The position numbers and the translations under genes are program-made. From assembly GCA_965218795.1 (NCBI GenBank), contig OZ244653.1, positions 992,001 to 1,056,000 of the forward strand: 64,000 nt of DNA, given 5' to 3'. Positions within the stretch are counted from its first letter, which is position 1. Each line of letters opens with the position of its first letter. Positions 30,437-41,520 of this stretch are shown here, one piece after another. Under the pieces are notes generated by a model. The model was not told where the DNA came from and did not search any database. It worked only from the letters and a program-made list of their open reading frames with translations. The stretch comes from a bacterium. Its GTDB lineage: Bacteria; UBA8248; JACPRG01; G963555815.

Positions 30437-31633
30437 ATGTCCTACGCGCTTCAAGGTCTGAAGGTCGTATCCCTCGGCACATCCGTGAGCGCGCCCCTGT
30501 GCGCGCGCTATCTCGCGGATCTCGGGGCGGACGTCGTCAAAGTCGAACGGCCGTCGACGGGAGATTTCGCGCGCGGATGGGATGAGGTCCTTCCGGGGGC
30601 GAGCTCGGCCCACCTGTGGTGCAACCCGAACAAGCGCTCCCTCGCCCTCAACCTGAAAGCGGAACAGGGCCGGCAAATCCTGGGACGGCTGGTCAAGGAC
30701 GCCGACGTCTTTATCGAAAATTTCTCCCCGGGCGTCGTCGACAAGCTGGGCATCGGCTACGATTGGGCCCGGTCCGTCAACCCAAATATCCTGTACTGCC
30801 ACATATCGGGCTACGGACAGGACGGCCCCTACCGGGACATGAAGGCGATGGATATGCTGATTCAGGGCGAGGCCGGCGTGATCTCGGTCAACGGCTCGCC
30901 CGAGGAACCCGCCAAGATCGCTTTGTCCATCTCCGACGCCGCCGCCGGGCTGTTTGCCGCGATTTCCATCCTCGCCGCGCTGGAGGAGCGCCGCCGCACC
31001 GGCGAGGGCCAGGAAATCGACGTCTCGATGTTCGACTGCACGGTCTCGCTCCTCGGCTACCTGTCGTATCAATACCTTTACGGCGGGGAGGAGCCGAAGC
31101 GGGTTGGCCTGCGCCATCACCTGATCGCCCCCTACGGCCCGTGGACGGCAAAGGACGGCAAGATGGTGAACGTTTCCGCCGCAACGCCCGCTCTTTGGGA
31201 AGCCTTCTGCGGCGTGATCGGCCGGCCCGGCCTTCTTGACGATCCCAGGTTTCGGAACAACGCAGACCGGGTAAAAAACCTTCCCGCGCTGGACGCGTCG
31301 ATCGCCGAGGCTTTCGCCCGGGAGGATTCCTCGGTCTGGCTGGAGCGGCTGAGGGCCGCGGGGGTGCCGTGCGGGGCGGTGAACCGGATTCCGGAAGTCA
31401 TCGAGCACCCGCAGCTGAATTTCAGGCAGCTGCTCCGCGACGCCGGAGGGGACGTACAAGACGCCTCCGGACGGCAGCTCAGGCTTTTCGACTTTCCCGT
31501 CCGATTTTCCAGGTCGGACACCCGATTGGAAGCCCCTCCCGGATTGGGCGAGCAAACCGACGCCGTGCTCGCCGAGCTCGGTTATTCGAGCGAAGAGGCC
31601 GAAGCCTTCCGGCGCGCAGGCGTGGTGGAATGA
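30437..31633 (+). CDS. CaiB/BaiF class III CoA-transferase
   Basis: LADLGADVVKVE, NKRSLALNLK, ENFSPG, ISGYGQDGP, PPGLGEQT. Confidence 0.95.
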   Translation: MSYALQGLKVVSLGTSVSAPLCARYLADLGADVVKVERPSTGDFARGWDEVLPGASSAHLWCNPNKRSLALNLKAEQGRQILGRLVKDADVFIENFSPGVVDKLGIGYDWARSVNPNILYCHISGYGQDGPYRDMKAMDMLIQGEAGVISVNGSPEEPAKIALSISDAAAGLFAAISILAALEERRRTGEGQEIDVSMFDCTVSLLGYLSYQYLYGGEEPKRVGLRHHLIAPYGPWTAKDGKMVNVSAATPALWEAFCGVIGRPGLLDDPRFRNNADRVKNLPALDASIAEAFAREDSSVWLERLRAAGVPCGAVNRIPEVIEHPQLNFRQLLRDAGGDVQDASGRQLRLFDFPVRFSRSDTRLEAPPGLGEQTDAVLAELGYSSEEAEAFRRAGVVE

Positions 31634-31661
31634 ATGAATACGCGAACAGGAGCCGGACCTG

Positions 31662-32816
31662 ATGGATTTTGAACTCAATGAGGTGCAGCGACAGGTTCAG
31701 CGGACCATCCGCGAATTTGTAGACAAAGAGGTCATCCCCGTCGCCAGCGACTACGAGCACAAGGACGAATATCCTCACCCGCTGGTCGACCGGATCAAGG
31801 AGCTGGGGCTGTTCGGGTTTCTCATCGGCGAGGGATACGGCGGTTCCGGGATGGATTACGTCAGCTACGCCGTCATGATGGAGGAGCTCTCCCGCGGCTG
31901 GATGAGCCTCGGCGGCGTGATCGGCAGCCATGGCATGACGGCCTGGATCATCGAGACCTATGGAACCGAGGAGCAAAAGCTCAAGTTCCTCCCTGACCTG
32001 GCTGCGGGGATCCGGCGCTCGGGGATGGCCCTGACCGAGCCGGAATCCGGCTCCGACTCCGCCTCGCTGCGGACGGCCGCCCGCCTCGAAGGCGACGAGT
32101 TCATCGTCAACGGGACAAAGATGTTCATCACGAACTCGGAGATGGGGACGACGTTCAGTGTATTCGTCCGGACCCACCCCGACGCATCCCTGCGCCACAA
32201 GGGGATCTCCTGCCTGATCATCGAAAAGGGGATGCCGGGGTTCACCGTGGGGCGCCACCTCCACAAGCTCGGCTACCGGGGGGTACGCTCGGGAGAGCTG
32301 ATTTTCCGGAATTGCCGCGTGCCGGCCGAGAACCTGATCGGCGAGGAGAACCAGGGCTTCTACTACATCATGGCGGGCCTGGAGGCCGGACGCATCAATG
32401 TGGCCGCGCGCGGCGTGGGCTTGGCCCGGGCGGCGTTCGAGGATTCCATCAAGTACGCGCAGCAGCGGGTCCAGGGCGGAAAACCCATCTGCCAGCACCA
32501 GACCATCCAGATCAAGCTGGCCGAAATGGCAACCCGGATCGAGGCGGCCCGCATGCTGACCTATATGTCGGCGGAAAAGCGGAACCGGGGAGAGCGGTGC
32601 GATCTGGAAGCCGGCATGGCCAAGCTCTTCGCTTCGGAAACCGCCGAGTTCTGCGCGTCGGAGGGGATCCAGATCCACGGCGGCTACGGCTATATCAATG
32701 AGTTCAACGTGGAGCGCTACTTCCGCGACTGCAAACTCCTGACGGTCGGCGAAGGGACCAACGAGATTCAGCGGCTCCTCATCGCCCGCCGGTTATTGGA
32801 TCGATACGCCGTTTGA
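31662..32816 (+). CDS. Acyl-CoA dehydrogenase
   Basis: ALTEPESGSD, NGTKMFITN, QIHGGYGY, GEGTNEIQR. Confidence 0.96.
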   Translation: MDFELNEVQRQVQRTIREFVDKEVIPVASDYEHKDEYPHPLVDRIKELGLFGFLIGEGYGGSGMDYVSYAVMMEELSRGWMSLGGVIGSHGMTAWIIETYGTEEQKLKFLPDLAAGIRRSGMALTEPESGSDSASLRTAARLEGDEFIVNGTKMFITNSEMGTTFSVFVRTHPDASLRHKGISCLIIEKGMPGFTVGRHLHKLGYRGVRSGELIFRNCRVPAENLIGEENQGFYYIMAGLEAGRINVAARGVGLARAAFEDSIKYAQQRVQGGKPICQHQTIQIKLAEMATRIEAARMLTYMSAEKRNRGERCDLEAGMAKLFASETAEFCASEGIQIHGGYGYINEFNVERYFRDCKLLTVGEGTNEIQRLLIARRLLDRYAV

Positions 32817-32840
32817 GCCGCATGGCGAGGGAGAACCAGA

Positions 32841-33326
32841 ATGGGCGGAAGGTATCTGGAAGAATTCAAAGCCGGCGACGTCTATCAACATACCCCCGGC
32901 CGCACCATCACCTCCAACGACAATACGTGGTTCACGCTCCTGACGATGAACACCCACCCCGTCCACTTCGATGAAAACTACGCGTCCAAAACGGAAATCG
33001 GAAAGATTCTGGTCAACGGTACGCTGGTGTTCTCCATGGCCGTGGGCATGAGCGTGTCCGACATGAGCGAGAAATGCATCGCGAACCTGGATTATGAAAA
33101 CATCATCCATCACGGTCCGGTCTTTAACGGCGACACGATTTATTCGGAATCCGAAGTGCTGGACGTCCGGGAATCGAAAAGCAAGCCGGACCGGGGCATC
33201 GTGTATATCGAGACCCGGGCGTTCAACCAAAATAGCGAAAAGGTGCTCACCTTCCGCCGCCACGTTCTGATCCCCAAACGCGACAGCCGTGCAGTTCCCG
33301 AGCCGTGGGGCGGCCCGGCGGAATGA
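32841..33326 (+). CDS. MaoC family dehydratase
   Basis: GRTIT..DN..F..LTMNTHPVHFD, PVFNGDTI. Confidence 0.92.
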   Translation: MGGRYLEEFKAGDVYQHTPGRTITSNDNTWFTLLTMNTHPVHFDENYASKTEIGKILVNGTLVFSMAVGMSVSDMSEKCIANLDYENIIHHGPVFNGDTIYSESEVLDVRESKSKPDRGIVYIETRAFNQNSEKVLTFRRHVLIPKRDSRAVPEPWGGPAE

Positions 33327-33350
33327 TCCGTTGTCGAGCGCAGGACGGTC

Positions 33351-34151
33351 TCAATTCTGACTTCCTGCGGCCTTGTAATGCTTCATCGCCTCGGGCAGCC
33401 AGCCTTCGATGTCCTTGATTCGGGTATCGTGGGAGGGGTGGGTCGAGAGGAACTCGGGGGGCTGTTTGCCCTGAGAAGCCTCCTTCATCCGGGTCCAGAA
33501 CCCCTTGGCCGCTCGCGGATCATAGCCCGCCCTGGCCATGTAGATGAGGCCCAGACGGTCGGCTTCCGACTCCTGCGCCCGGCCGAACGGCAGGATGATC
33601 CCCACTGTTGCGCCGGCCCCCAAAAGGGCGATGACGTTTCGGGTGGTCGGGGAGTTCCTATCGTTCAGAGCAATCATGACGGCCGTAAGACCTATTTGGA
33701 CCAGCAGGCCCCGGCTCACCCGTTCTCCGCCGTGACGGGCGGTGGCGTGGGCCACTTCGTGTCCCATCACCGCGGCCAGACCCGCTTCGTCCTGGGTCAC
33801 GGGCAGGATCCCCGTATAGACGGCCACCTTCCCGCCGGGGAGGGCGAAGGCGTTGATCATTTTGTCGTTTTCGACGACCTTGAACTCCCACTGGTAGTCG
33901 TCGCGCCCCGTGGCTGCGGCAATGCGCCGGCCCACGCGCCGAACCAGGGCGTTCAGCTTCGAATCGCTCGATATCTTTTCCTTGGCCAGGATGTCCCGGT
34001 AGGCCTTTGCGCCCATCTTGATCTCGTCCGGTTCCGAAAGCAGGAGGAACTGGCTGCGCCCCGTGTGGGGAACGGTGGTGCAAGCACCGAGGAAAAACAC
34101 GAGAGCCGTCAGAAGGGCGGGAACCCATTGTTGCCTGGGACGGATGGACAT
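33351..34151 (-). CDS. M48 family metallopeptidase, lipoprotein
   Basis: Lipobox LGAC, NAFALPGG, HEVAH, ESEAD, FLSTHP. Confidence 0.95.
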   Translation of the reverse strand: MSIRPRQQWVPALLTALVFFLGACTTVPHTGRSQFLLLSEPDEIKMGAKAYRDILAKEKISSDSKLNALVRRVGRRIAAATGRDDYQWEFKVVENDKMINAFALPGGKVAVYTGILPVTQDEAGLAAVMGHEVAHATARHGGERVSRGLLVQIGLTAVMIALNDRNSPTTRNVIALLGAGATVGIILPFGRAQESEADRLGLIYMARAGYDPRAAKGFWTRMKEASQGKQPPEFLSTHPSHDTRIKDIEGWLPEAMKHYKAAGSQN

Positions 34152-34228
34152 ACGGACCTCCCCGAAAGGCGTTGACCTCCTCATACAATATAGGCTGCGT
34201 AGTCTGTCTCAGCGATCTTCCGGCCGCG

Positions 34229-35113
34229 TCACAGTGACACAACCCCCGCCAGAAGCGCCCGGGTCACGTTCGTCAAAAACGTGTAATCCAGCGTATCGGG
34301 CGTGTCCGTGGGCTGGTGGTAATGTGGATTTCTCAGGGGGACCGTGTCCGTGAGCATGAGCGCCGGATATCCCCGGTCCCAGAAGGGCGCGTGATCGCTC
34401 CACCGGGTCATGGGCAGGAGGCGGCCGCTGAACGGGGCCTGGTACGAAACCGTCTCCAGCGCCGGCGCGTATTCATGGGTCAGCGTTCCGAAGCGGTGTA
34501 TGAGTTTCCGGCTCCTGCGGTTGGCGACAACGCAAAGAAACGTCCCCGTATCCGGCACCGGAACGGCCGCGCGAAGAGGAACCCGCTGGCTTCCGAAACG
34601 CGAATCCGTATATCCAACCGACTCCAGGATAAAAACCCCTTCATAACTTTTCCCTTGGCCGCAGACCTGTTTTACAAAATGGCGGCTCCCGTGGCGAAAG
34701 CGGCCGTCCGCCCCGTGCTGGGGTTCTTCCAGCGTAAAACCGACAAGCTCAACGGTCCGGGCGGTCGGGTTTTGCGCCAGTATCCGGGCAACGGCCAACA
34801 GGGCGGCCACACCGCTTGCGTTGTCATCCGCCCCGGGCGTTCCCTTCATCCCATCATAGTGCGCTCCGATCAGAAAAGGATGGCTTTCCTTTCCGGCGCA
34901 CTCGGCCACGACATTGAAATAGGTGCGCCCTCTGTAGCGGAACTCGTCGCGTCGGACCGCAAGGCCAAACCCCTCGAGCCGGTCGATCAGCAGCTCCCCC
35001 TTGACTTCGAGTTCTCCGGGATTGAGCCGGCCGTGGCGAAGCCCGGAGAATTCCTCCACCCACCGGCGAATCTCCTCCTGTTCAACCTGCTGTATCAGCT
35101 CTTCCCGGTCCAA
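34229..35113 (-). CDS. M28 family peptidase
   Basis: GAHYD, GADDNASG, TLEE, SDHAPF, YHQPTD. Confidence 0.9.
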   Translation of the reverse strand: MDREELIQQVEQEEIRRWVEEFSGLRHGRLNPGELEVKGELLIDRLEGFGLAVRRDEFRYRGRTYFNVVAECAGKESHPFLIGAHYDGMKGTPGADDNASGVAALLAVARILAQNPTARTVELVGFTLEEPQHGADGRFRHGSRHFVKQVCGQGKSYEGVFILESVGYTDSRFGSQRVPLRAAVPVPDTGTFLCVVANRRSRKLIHRFGTLTHEYAPALETVSYQAPFSGRLLPMTRWSDHAPFWDRGYPALMLTDTVPLRNPHYHQPTDTPDTLDYTFLTNVTRALLAGVVSL

Positions 35114-35595
35114 GAGGGTCCGCCTTCAAGGCTGCTTTTGAGGGGGCTTCCGGCCCTCGAGATCTCCCACCCTTTCCGCTCGTCCTCAGTGACGACGGGT
35201 GATCGGCCGAGAAAGTGTATGTAGTGGGCCATATCCCAAATCTCGTCGTCATCCAGAACCAGAATGTACGACGGCATCGGGGTTCCATCCATTCCCGTGT
35301 AAACCGTCCGAAAGATGTCGCGGGGAGTCGGTCCGCTGTTGAGCGGCCTGCGGGTCAGGTCCGCCGGTTTGACAGACAGGTCCTTGGCGGACGGGCCGTG
35401 CCCCATGCCCTCGGGTCCGTGGCACGTGTCGCATTCCCCCTTCCAATAAGCCTTGCGGCCGCGGGTCAGAGTTTCCGGCGTGCGCGAGGGTTCAGGAGGA
35501 ATCTCAAGGGGCTGCGGGGGCGGCTCCTCTGAGAACTCCGAGGAGAAGGCCTTGATGTACCGGACAACGGCCATGATCTCCCTTTCGCTCAAGAG
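35095..35595 (-). pseudogene. c-type cytochrome, N-terminally truncated
   Basis: CDTCH haem motif, GTPMP; begins with the tail helix of a lost first cytochrome domain (LSEREIMAVVRYIK) and has no signal peptide. Confidence 0.65.
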
Positions 35596-35685
35596 GAGAA
35601 GAAGGGCCTTCGAACGCTTGGGATGGATCGAGGGCGACACGGATAACCACGGTGCCGGAGGCTTCAACGCCACGACCGGACATGG

Positions 35686-36462
<777 letters not shown>

Positions 36463-36486
36463 GTCGTTCCCTCGAGAATCGCTCTG

Positions 36487-37326
36487 CTAGAGCTGTGAGC
36501 CCTCTTCTTCTTCCAGGTACCAGGGCGAGAGCAGCCGTTCAATCCCGGCGACCACGCCGAACAATCCCACGCCCAGGACCGAGAGGATCACGATGGCCCC
36601 GAAACCCAGCGAGGTATTCATCCGGGCGCTGGCGGAGAGGATCAAGAACCCCAAGCCCGAGTCCGAGCCCACGAATTCGCCGATCACCGCACCGATGACC
36701 GCGAAGGCGATGGCGATCTTCACCCCGGCGAAGAAATGCGGCAGGGCCATGGGAAAGCGGACCTTGATCAGAACCTGCCACCAGCTCGCCCGCAGGATGC
36801 GCGACATCTCCAGCATCTCCGGCGGAATGAGCGTCAGTCCGGTGGCCATGTTGACCACCATGGGGAAGAAAGCCACCAGGAAGGCAACCGTAATAATGGG
36901 CCAGACGTTGATGCCGAGCCACACCAGCAGGATGGGGGCGAGGGCGACCTTGGGAACGGACTGCGTCACAACGAGGAGCGGGTACACGGTGTTTCGGAGA
37001 AAGGGCGAAGAAATGATGACGACGGCCAGGAACACGCCCAGGATCACGGCGGCGATAAAGCCCAAAAACGTCTCATAGAACGTCACCCAGATGTGCTTCG
37101 GCAGGACGGTCCACCAATCCCCCAGTTCGAAATAAATCTTGGACGGCGCGGGCAGGAGCCAGATCGGGAGGGCGAAGATCCGGACGGCGAGCTCCCAGAT
37201 GACAAAGATTGCCAAGAGCGTCAGCGTGGGCCCGATGTACTTCTCGGTGATGGCGCCCATTCTCATTCGGAATCCGGTCCTCTCTCCAGGCCCCGGCCGG
37301 GGAGCTTGCGCTTCCGCGAGCGTCAC
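36487..37326 (-). CDS. ABC transporter permease (NitT/TauT type)
   Basis: LLPAPS, QSVPKVALAP, GAVIGEFVGSDSGLG. Confidence 0.95.
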   Translation of the reverse strand: MTLAEAQAPRPGPGERTGFRMRMGAITEKYIGPTLTLLAIFVIWELAVRIFALPIWLLPAPSKIYFELGDWWTVLPKHIWVTFYETFLGFIAAVILGVFLAVVIISSPFLRNTVYPLLVVTQSVPKVALAPILLVWLGINVWPIITVAFLVAFFPMVVNMATGLTLIPPEMLEMSRILRASWWQVLIKVRFPMALPHFFAGVKIAIAFAVIGAVIGEFVGSDSGLGFLILSASARMNTSLGFGAIVILSVLGVGLFGVVAGIERLLSPWYLEEEEGSQL

Positions 37327-37350
37327 GCGCGCCCGGGTGCCGTGGCGGAA

Positions 37351-37383
37351 AGGGGGACGAGTCCGATCGGACCCGTCCCCCCT
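37351..37383. other. Strong hairpin between SBP and permease genes
   Basis: agggggacgagtccg/cggacccgtccccc near-perfect inverted repeat; likely mRNA stabiliser or attenuator. Confidence 0.55.
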
Positions 37384-37398
37384 CGGTTCGATTGCAGT

Positions 37399-38412
37399 TT
37401 ACTGGGGGATCATGATCTTCGGATTGAACTGATTGGTGTAGACGTCCTCCGGCTTGACCTCTGGCTTGAGTTTCAGGTACTTCCGCATGGTTTGAATGGT
37501 CTGGACGATTTTTGCGCGATCCATGTAGCCCATCCCGTTCTTCAGGGCCTCCGGGGAGGACATCATCTGCTTCACCAAAACCATCTCACCAAGACCGGCT
37601 TCCCGGTCCACCTGGGGGTTGAGTTTCCGGTGGATGTCGATGGCCTCTTGGGGGTTTTTGAAGGCGTACTCCATGCCCTGGAAGGTCGCCTTCAGGAACC
37701 GCCGGACTTGGTCGGGCTTTCCGGCGACGGTCTTATCCGGTGCGAGGAGACTGTTGGAATAGAACTTCATACCGCCATCGGAGTACAGGAAATACTTGGC
37801 CTTCAGCCCCTTGGTCGCCCCGAGCTTGTTGAGCAGAACGGTGTTGAAGATGTACTCCGTCATCGCGTCCACCCGCTTGCTCAGGAGCAGTTGGTTCAGC
37901 GTGTCGCCCTTCACCAGCTTTTTGTCGACCTTCCCCGCAATCCCGGACGCCTGCTCGAAACCCTCGAACATCTTGGTTGTCGAAGCGCCGGCGGCCTGGG
38001 CCAGGGTCCGGCCCGCCAGGTCGGAGGGCTTCATGATCCCCGATCCCGCCAGGTAGTGGACAGCGTGGGGCGTCTTGGCGTAGACCACCCCGATCGCCTT
38101 GACGGGCACCTTGTCGTTCCCCCTCGAGAGCACCAGGGCCCCCATGTCGGCAAGGGTATAGTCCGACTGGCCCTGGGCCATGAGGGCGACCGCCTTGACG
38201 GAGCCGAATCCCCGCTTGACGACGGCGTCGATGCCGTTCTGCTTGTAGAAGCCCTTGCCAACGGCCGTGAAATAGCCGGTGTGCCGCCCGAAGATGACCC
38301 AATCCAGATTGAAACGGATCTTGTCCGCCGCCTGGGATTGCGTGCTGAACCCAAGCATCAGACAGATGGTCACCGCTCCCAAAAAAAGGGAGATTATTCT
38401 GCGCATCTTCAT
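37399..38412 (-). CDS. ABC substrate-binding protein, NMT1/THI5-like
   Basis: Signal peptide, FNLDW..GRHTGYF.A..KGFY, RGFGS, YTNQF. Confidence 0.9.
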   Translation of the reverse strand: MKMRRIISLFLGAVTICLMLGFSTQSQAADKIRFNLDWVIFGRHTGYFTAVGKGFYKQNGIDAVVKRGFGSVKAVALMAQGQSDYTLADMGALVLSRGNDKVPVKAIGVVYAKTPHAVHYLAGSGIMKPSDLAGRTLAQAAGASTTKMFEGFEQASGIAGKVDKKLVKGDTLNQLLLSKRVDAMTEYIFNTVLLNKLGATKGLKAKYFLYSDGGMKFYSNSLLAPDKTVAGKPDQVRRFLKATFQGMEYAFKNPQEAIDIHRKLNPQVDREAGLGEMVLVKQMMSSPEALKNGMGYMDRAKIVQTIQTMRKYLKLKPEVKPEDVYTNQFNPKIMIPQ

Positions 38413-38754
38413 TTTTCTTTTCCTCCATCATGAAATTTCAAGCAGACTACGCTTCGGGACGTTGTAATCTGCAACGCCACGCCCAATCTCCCCCGACAAC
38501 CCGGTTCCGCATCCTGCCCAGCCTTTCCAGAATCCCAGGCCGACCGGATACCCCCTTGTGAATTCGTCATTCTCCAATGGAATGAGCCTTCGTTTGGAAT
38601 GGGCAGATCTCACTTTAACCTAAATTCTGTGTATTTCAAATAGGAAAACGGATGACAATGTGTAATCGACAAACATGAGCTGAGGGAGTATCATGGTCAC
38701 CGGTACGCCAGCCTTTTCGCGAATCAAGATATAATTTCAATTCAGGAACTCTGT

Positions 38755-38935
38755 GGCGCCTTGGTCGGATGCTCGCCTTCCTAGCGGAAGCCTCCGGCCA
38801 GAGAAGTCCAAGTTCGCGCCGCTGCAAGAGCACACAGCCAGCCAGACTCCCCTTCCCCGCGAGCAGGACGAGCCGAAAGCTCGGCCGCCGGAAGTTTTCG
38901 AGGGGGGGACAGCTTTCCAAAATGCCCCCCCAGGC
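38755..38935 (-). repeat. Dispersed mosaic repeat, copy 5 (partial)
   Basis: gctgcaagagcacacagccagccagactcccc..gagcagg..gccgaaagctcggc..ggaagttttcgaggggg is the reverse complement of 12055-12190. Confidence 0.8.
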
Positions 38936-39098
38936 TTTTCGGCTTTGGCCGTCTGCTCAAGGTCTGCCTACCGAGAATGGGGCATCGAATCCGGGGATGA
39001 CTGAGATGGCCCCGCCTTGATCTGCACCTTCCCTTAACGATAGAATTTTCTTCATTGGGGAAGTCGCATCTCATCGCCCCGATCCTGGGAGAGGCGTC

Positions 39099-40142
39099 AT
39101 GGACGAGACCCAACTGTGGCCGGCTTTGCGTGAGTACTGGCACCCGGTCTGCTGGTCCAAAGAGGCGACGGACAAGCCCCTGGCCGTCCAGCTGCTCGAT
39201 GAGCGCATCGCCGTCTGCTGCATCAACGGCCGATTTCGCGCGTTTCGTGACCTCTGCATCCATCGCGGCACGCCCATCTCGCTGGGGTGGGTCGAGGGCG
39301 AACGGATTGTCTGCGCCTACCACGGCTGGTCGTACGACGGGGCGGGCAAGTGTACGCGCATCCCCTCCGTCCCACCCGAACACCCCATCCCGAAAAAAGC
39401 CTGCCTGACGACCTATCCGGCCCAGGAAGCCTACGGGATGGTATGGGTCTGCCTGTCGGACACGCCCCGCGCGCCCATTCCGGAGTTCCCCCAGTACGAC
39501 GACCCCGGCTTCAAGATCTTCTTCCGGCAGCGGAAGTACTGGAAGTGCAGCGCCGCCCGCTCCATCGAGAATTTCGTCGATTTCGGGCACTTCGCCTGGG
39601 TGCACACGGGCATCCTGGGCGACCGGGACCATCCCGAAGTCCCGCACGTGGAGATCCGGCGGGAGGGCGAGTCGCTGCGGTTCGGGATTCAGCAGCATCC
39701 CGACGGGATGCATCCCGTCCCCCACACGCGCAATTACCGCGTGACCCGTCCATTCACCATCCACCAGTGGAAGGTGGAGGAGAACGGAAACACCGAGGTC
39801 TATCTCTATCCGGTCACGCCGCACACAATCAACGAGAGCACGCGGTATGAGCTCATCGGCCGGAACTATGACATGGACGAACCCGAGGTGAAGCACGGCC
39901 CGGTCTGGGTGGAGCAGTACGACATGTGGATGGACGATGAAAATTATAAGGGCGAGATCCCGGGGTTCGCCGTCCGGTCGAACACCATCGCGGACCAGGA
40001 CGAGCCCATCGTCAACAACCAGCGCCCCTGGGAGTTGCCGCTGGATTTAAGCGAGGAGCTCCATCTCAAAGGTCCCGACGCCGTGGCCGTCGCCTACCGG
40101 CGGTTCATGAGGGAGCTGGGGGTCGACGTGGACGCCGGCTAG
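39099..40142 (+). CDS. Rieske non-heme iron oxygenase alpha subunit, paralog of 12360..13328
   Basis: CIHRG..CAYHGW; ENFVDFGHFAWVH; DQD. Confidence 0.92.
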   Translation: MDETQLWPALREYWHPVCWSKEATDKPLAVQLLDERIAVCCINGRFRAFRDLCIHRGTPISLGWVEGERIVCAYHGWSYDGAGKCTRIPSVPPEHPIPKKACLTTYPAQEAYGMVWVCLSDTPRAPIPEFPQYDDPGFKIFFRQRKYWKCSAARSIENFVDFGHFAWVHTGILGDRDHPEVPHVEIRREGESLRFGIQQHPDGMHPVPHTRNYRVTRPFTIHQWKVEENGNTEVYLYPVTPHTINESTRYELIGRNYDMDEPEVKHGPVWVEQYDMWMDDENYKGEIPGFAVRSNTIADQDEPIVNNQRPWELPLDLSEELHLKGPDAVAVAYRRFMRELGVDVDAG

Positions 40143-40956
40143 GGCCTATTACCACTAGCGCAGGGCATCGACGATGAGTGCGAACAGGATGAACCCGAGG
40201 TACAGGGCGTCGAGCTTCTCGAAACGGGAGAAGATCCGCCGAAAGCCCTTCAATCGCCGGAACAGACGCTCGATCTCGTTGCGCCTCTTGTACGCCTCCC
40301 GGTCGTACGCCCGGGGATCGTGCCGGGTTCTAAGAGGCGGAACCACAGGCGTGTACCCCAGCGCCAAGGCCAGTTGGCGTGTCTCGCTGCCCTCGTATGC
40401 GCGATCCATCACCAGGGACGGGTTGCCGTGCCGCCGACCCAGGCGGTTCAGCAGCTTGCGCCCTTCCGGCGCATCGTGAGCCTGTCCGGGCGACAGCGAG
40501 AAGGTCAGGGCCGTTCGAGCATCCGCGGCAACCAGATGAATCCTGGTGGTCCACCCGCCCCGGGACTGGCCGATGGACTGGGGGCCGTTTTTTGCAGCGC
40601 ACCCGTACCGTCGGGATGGACCTTGACGATGGTGCTGTCCAGCGACACCGCTTCGAGCTTGATGCGCATGATCCGTTCCCGCTGCAACTGCTCGAAGACC
40701 CGGTCGAGCACCCCGTTCCTGGACCAGCGGTTCATCCGGGTGTAGATGGTGTGCCAGTTGCCGAACCGGGTCGGCAGCCCCCGCCACTTGCAGCCATGCT
40801 CGGCGACGTACAGGATGGCGTTGAGCACTTGCAGGTTCGACACGCTGACGTTGCCGCGCTGCACCGGCAGGGAGGGCGCAATGCGTTCGTACTGAGCTTG
40901 GGTGATCTCCATCCGCAAAGGATAACATGATCTCAATCATTAGCGCTAACAGGCCC
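40142..40956 (-). mobile_element. IS5-family element, full length, two-ORF transposase with frameshift at an A6 run
   Basis: ORFs 40505..40936 and 40155..; DDE parts SLDST, MDRAY, RNEIERLF; IRs gggcctattaccacta / tagcgctaacaggccc; TA duplication. Confidence 0.93.
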
Positions 40957-40997
40957 TAACCCCCAAAACCAGCGACACGAATAAGGAGTCTGGTCAG

Positions 40998-41387
40998 ATG
41001 GGATCCTTTCATCACGATCACGTCCATTACCGTACCACCGAAGTTCCCGCGATGGTTGATTTCTTCACGCGGATATTCGACGCCGAGGTGTTCTCCGAAG
41101 CCGAAACCGACGGGTGGCCGTTCATCCGATTACGGTTGGGCGACATCAACATTACGGTCTCGGGTCCTCCCAAGGGAGTCACTGAATTGCATCCCACCGA
41201 GGGGAAAATACTGCGCGGCGTCGATCACCTGGCGTTGGGCGTCGATGACTTGGATGCCGTTGCGGCCGATCTGAAGACCCGGGGCGCGAAGTTCATCACC
41301 GAACCGACACAGTCCGGCCCCAATTTGAAAATATCTTTCATCGAGGGCCCCGAGGGAATCCGCGTCGAAGTCCTGCAGAGAATGTAA
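40998..41387 (+). CDS. VOC (glyoxalase) family protein
   Basis: HDHVH, GVDHLALGVDDLD, FIEGPEGIRVEV. Confidence 0.92.
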   Translation: MGSFHHDHVHYRTTEVPAMVDFFTRIFDAEVFSEAETDGWPFIRLRLGDINITVSGPPKGVTELHPTEGKILRGVDHLALGVDDLDAVAADLKTRGAKFITEPTQSGPNLKISFIEGPEGIRVEVLQRM

Positions 41388-41520
41388 GCGGGCGGGCGGC
41401 GGACGGCGCTGTTCCGTATCCGCTTCATGATCCGCCCGCCGGCGAGATGCGAAGTCCACGGCTCGGGATCGACCGCCGTTTCGCCGGTCTCCCGATGCGG
41501 TCAGTCCTTTTCGGAACGGC

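Noticed and set aside
38430-39098. TPP riboswitch ahead of the THI5-like ABC operon (or tenA)
   Set aside because: No CTGAGA..ACCTG..GCGTAGG arrangement seen on the relevant strand.
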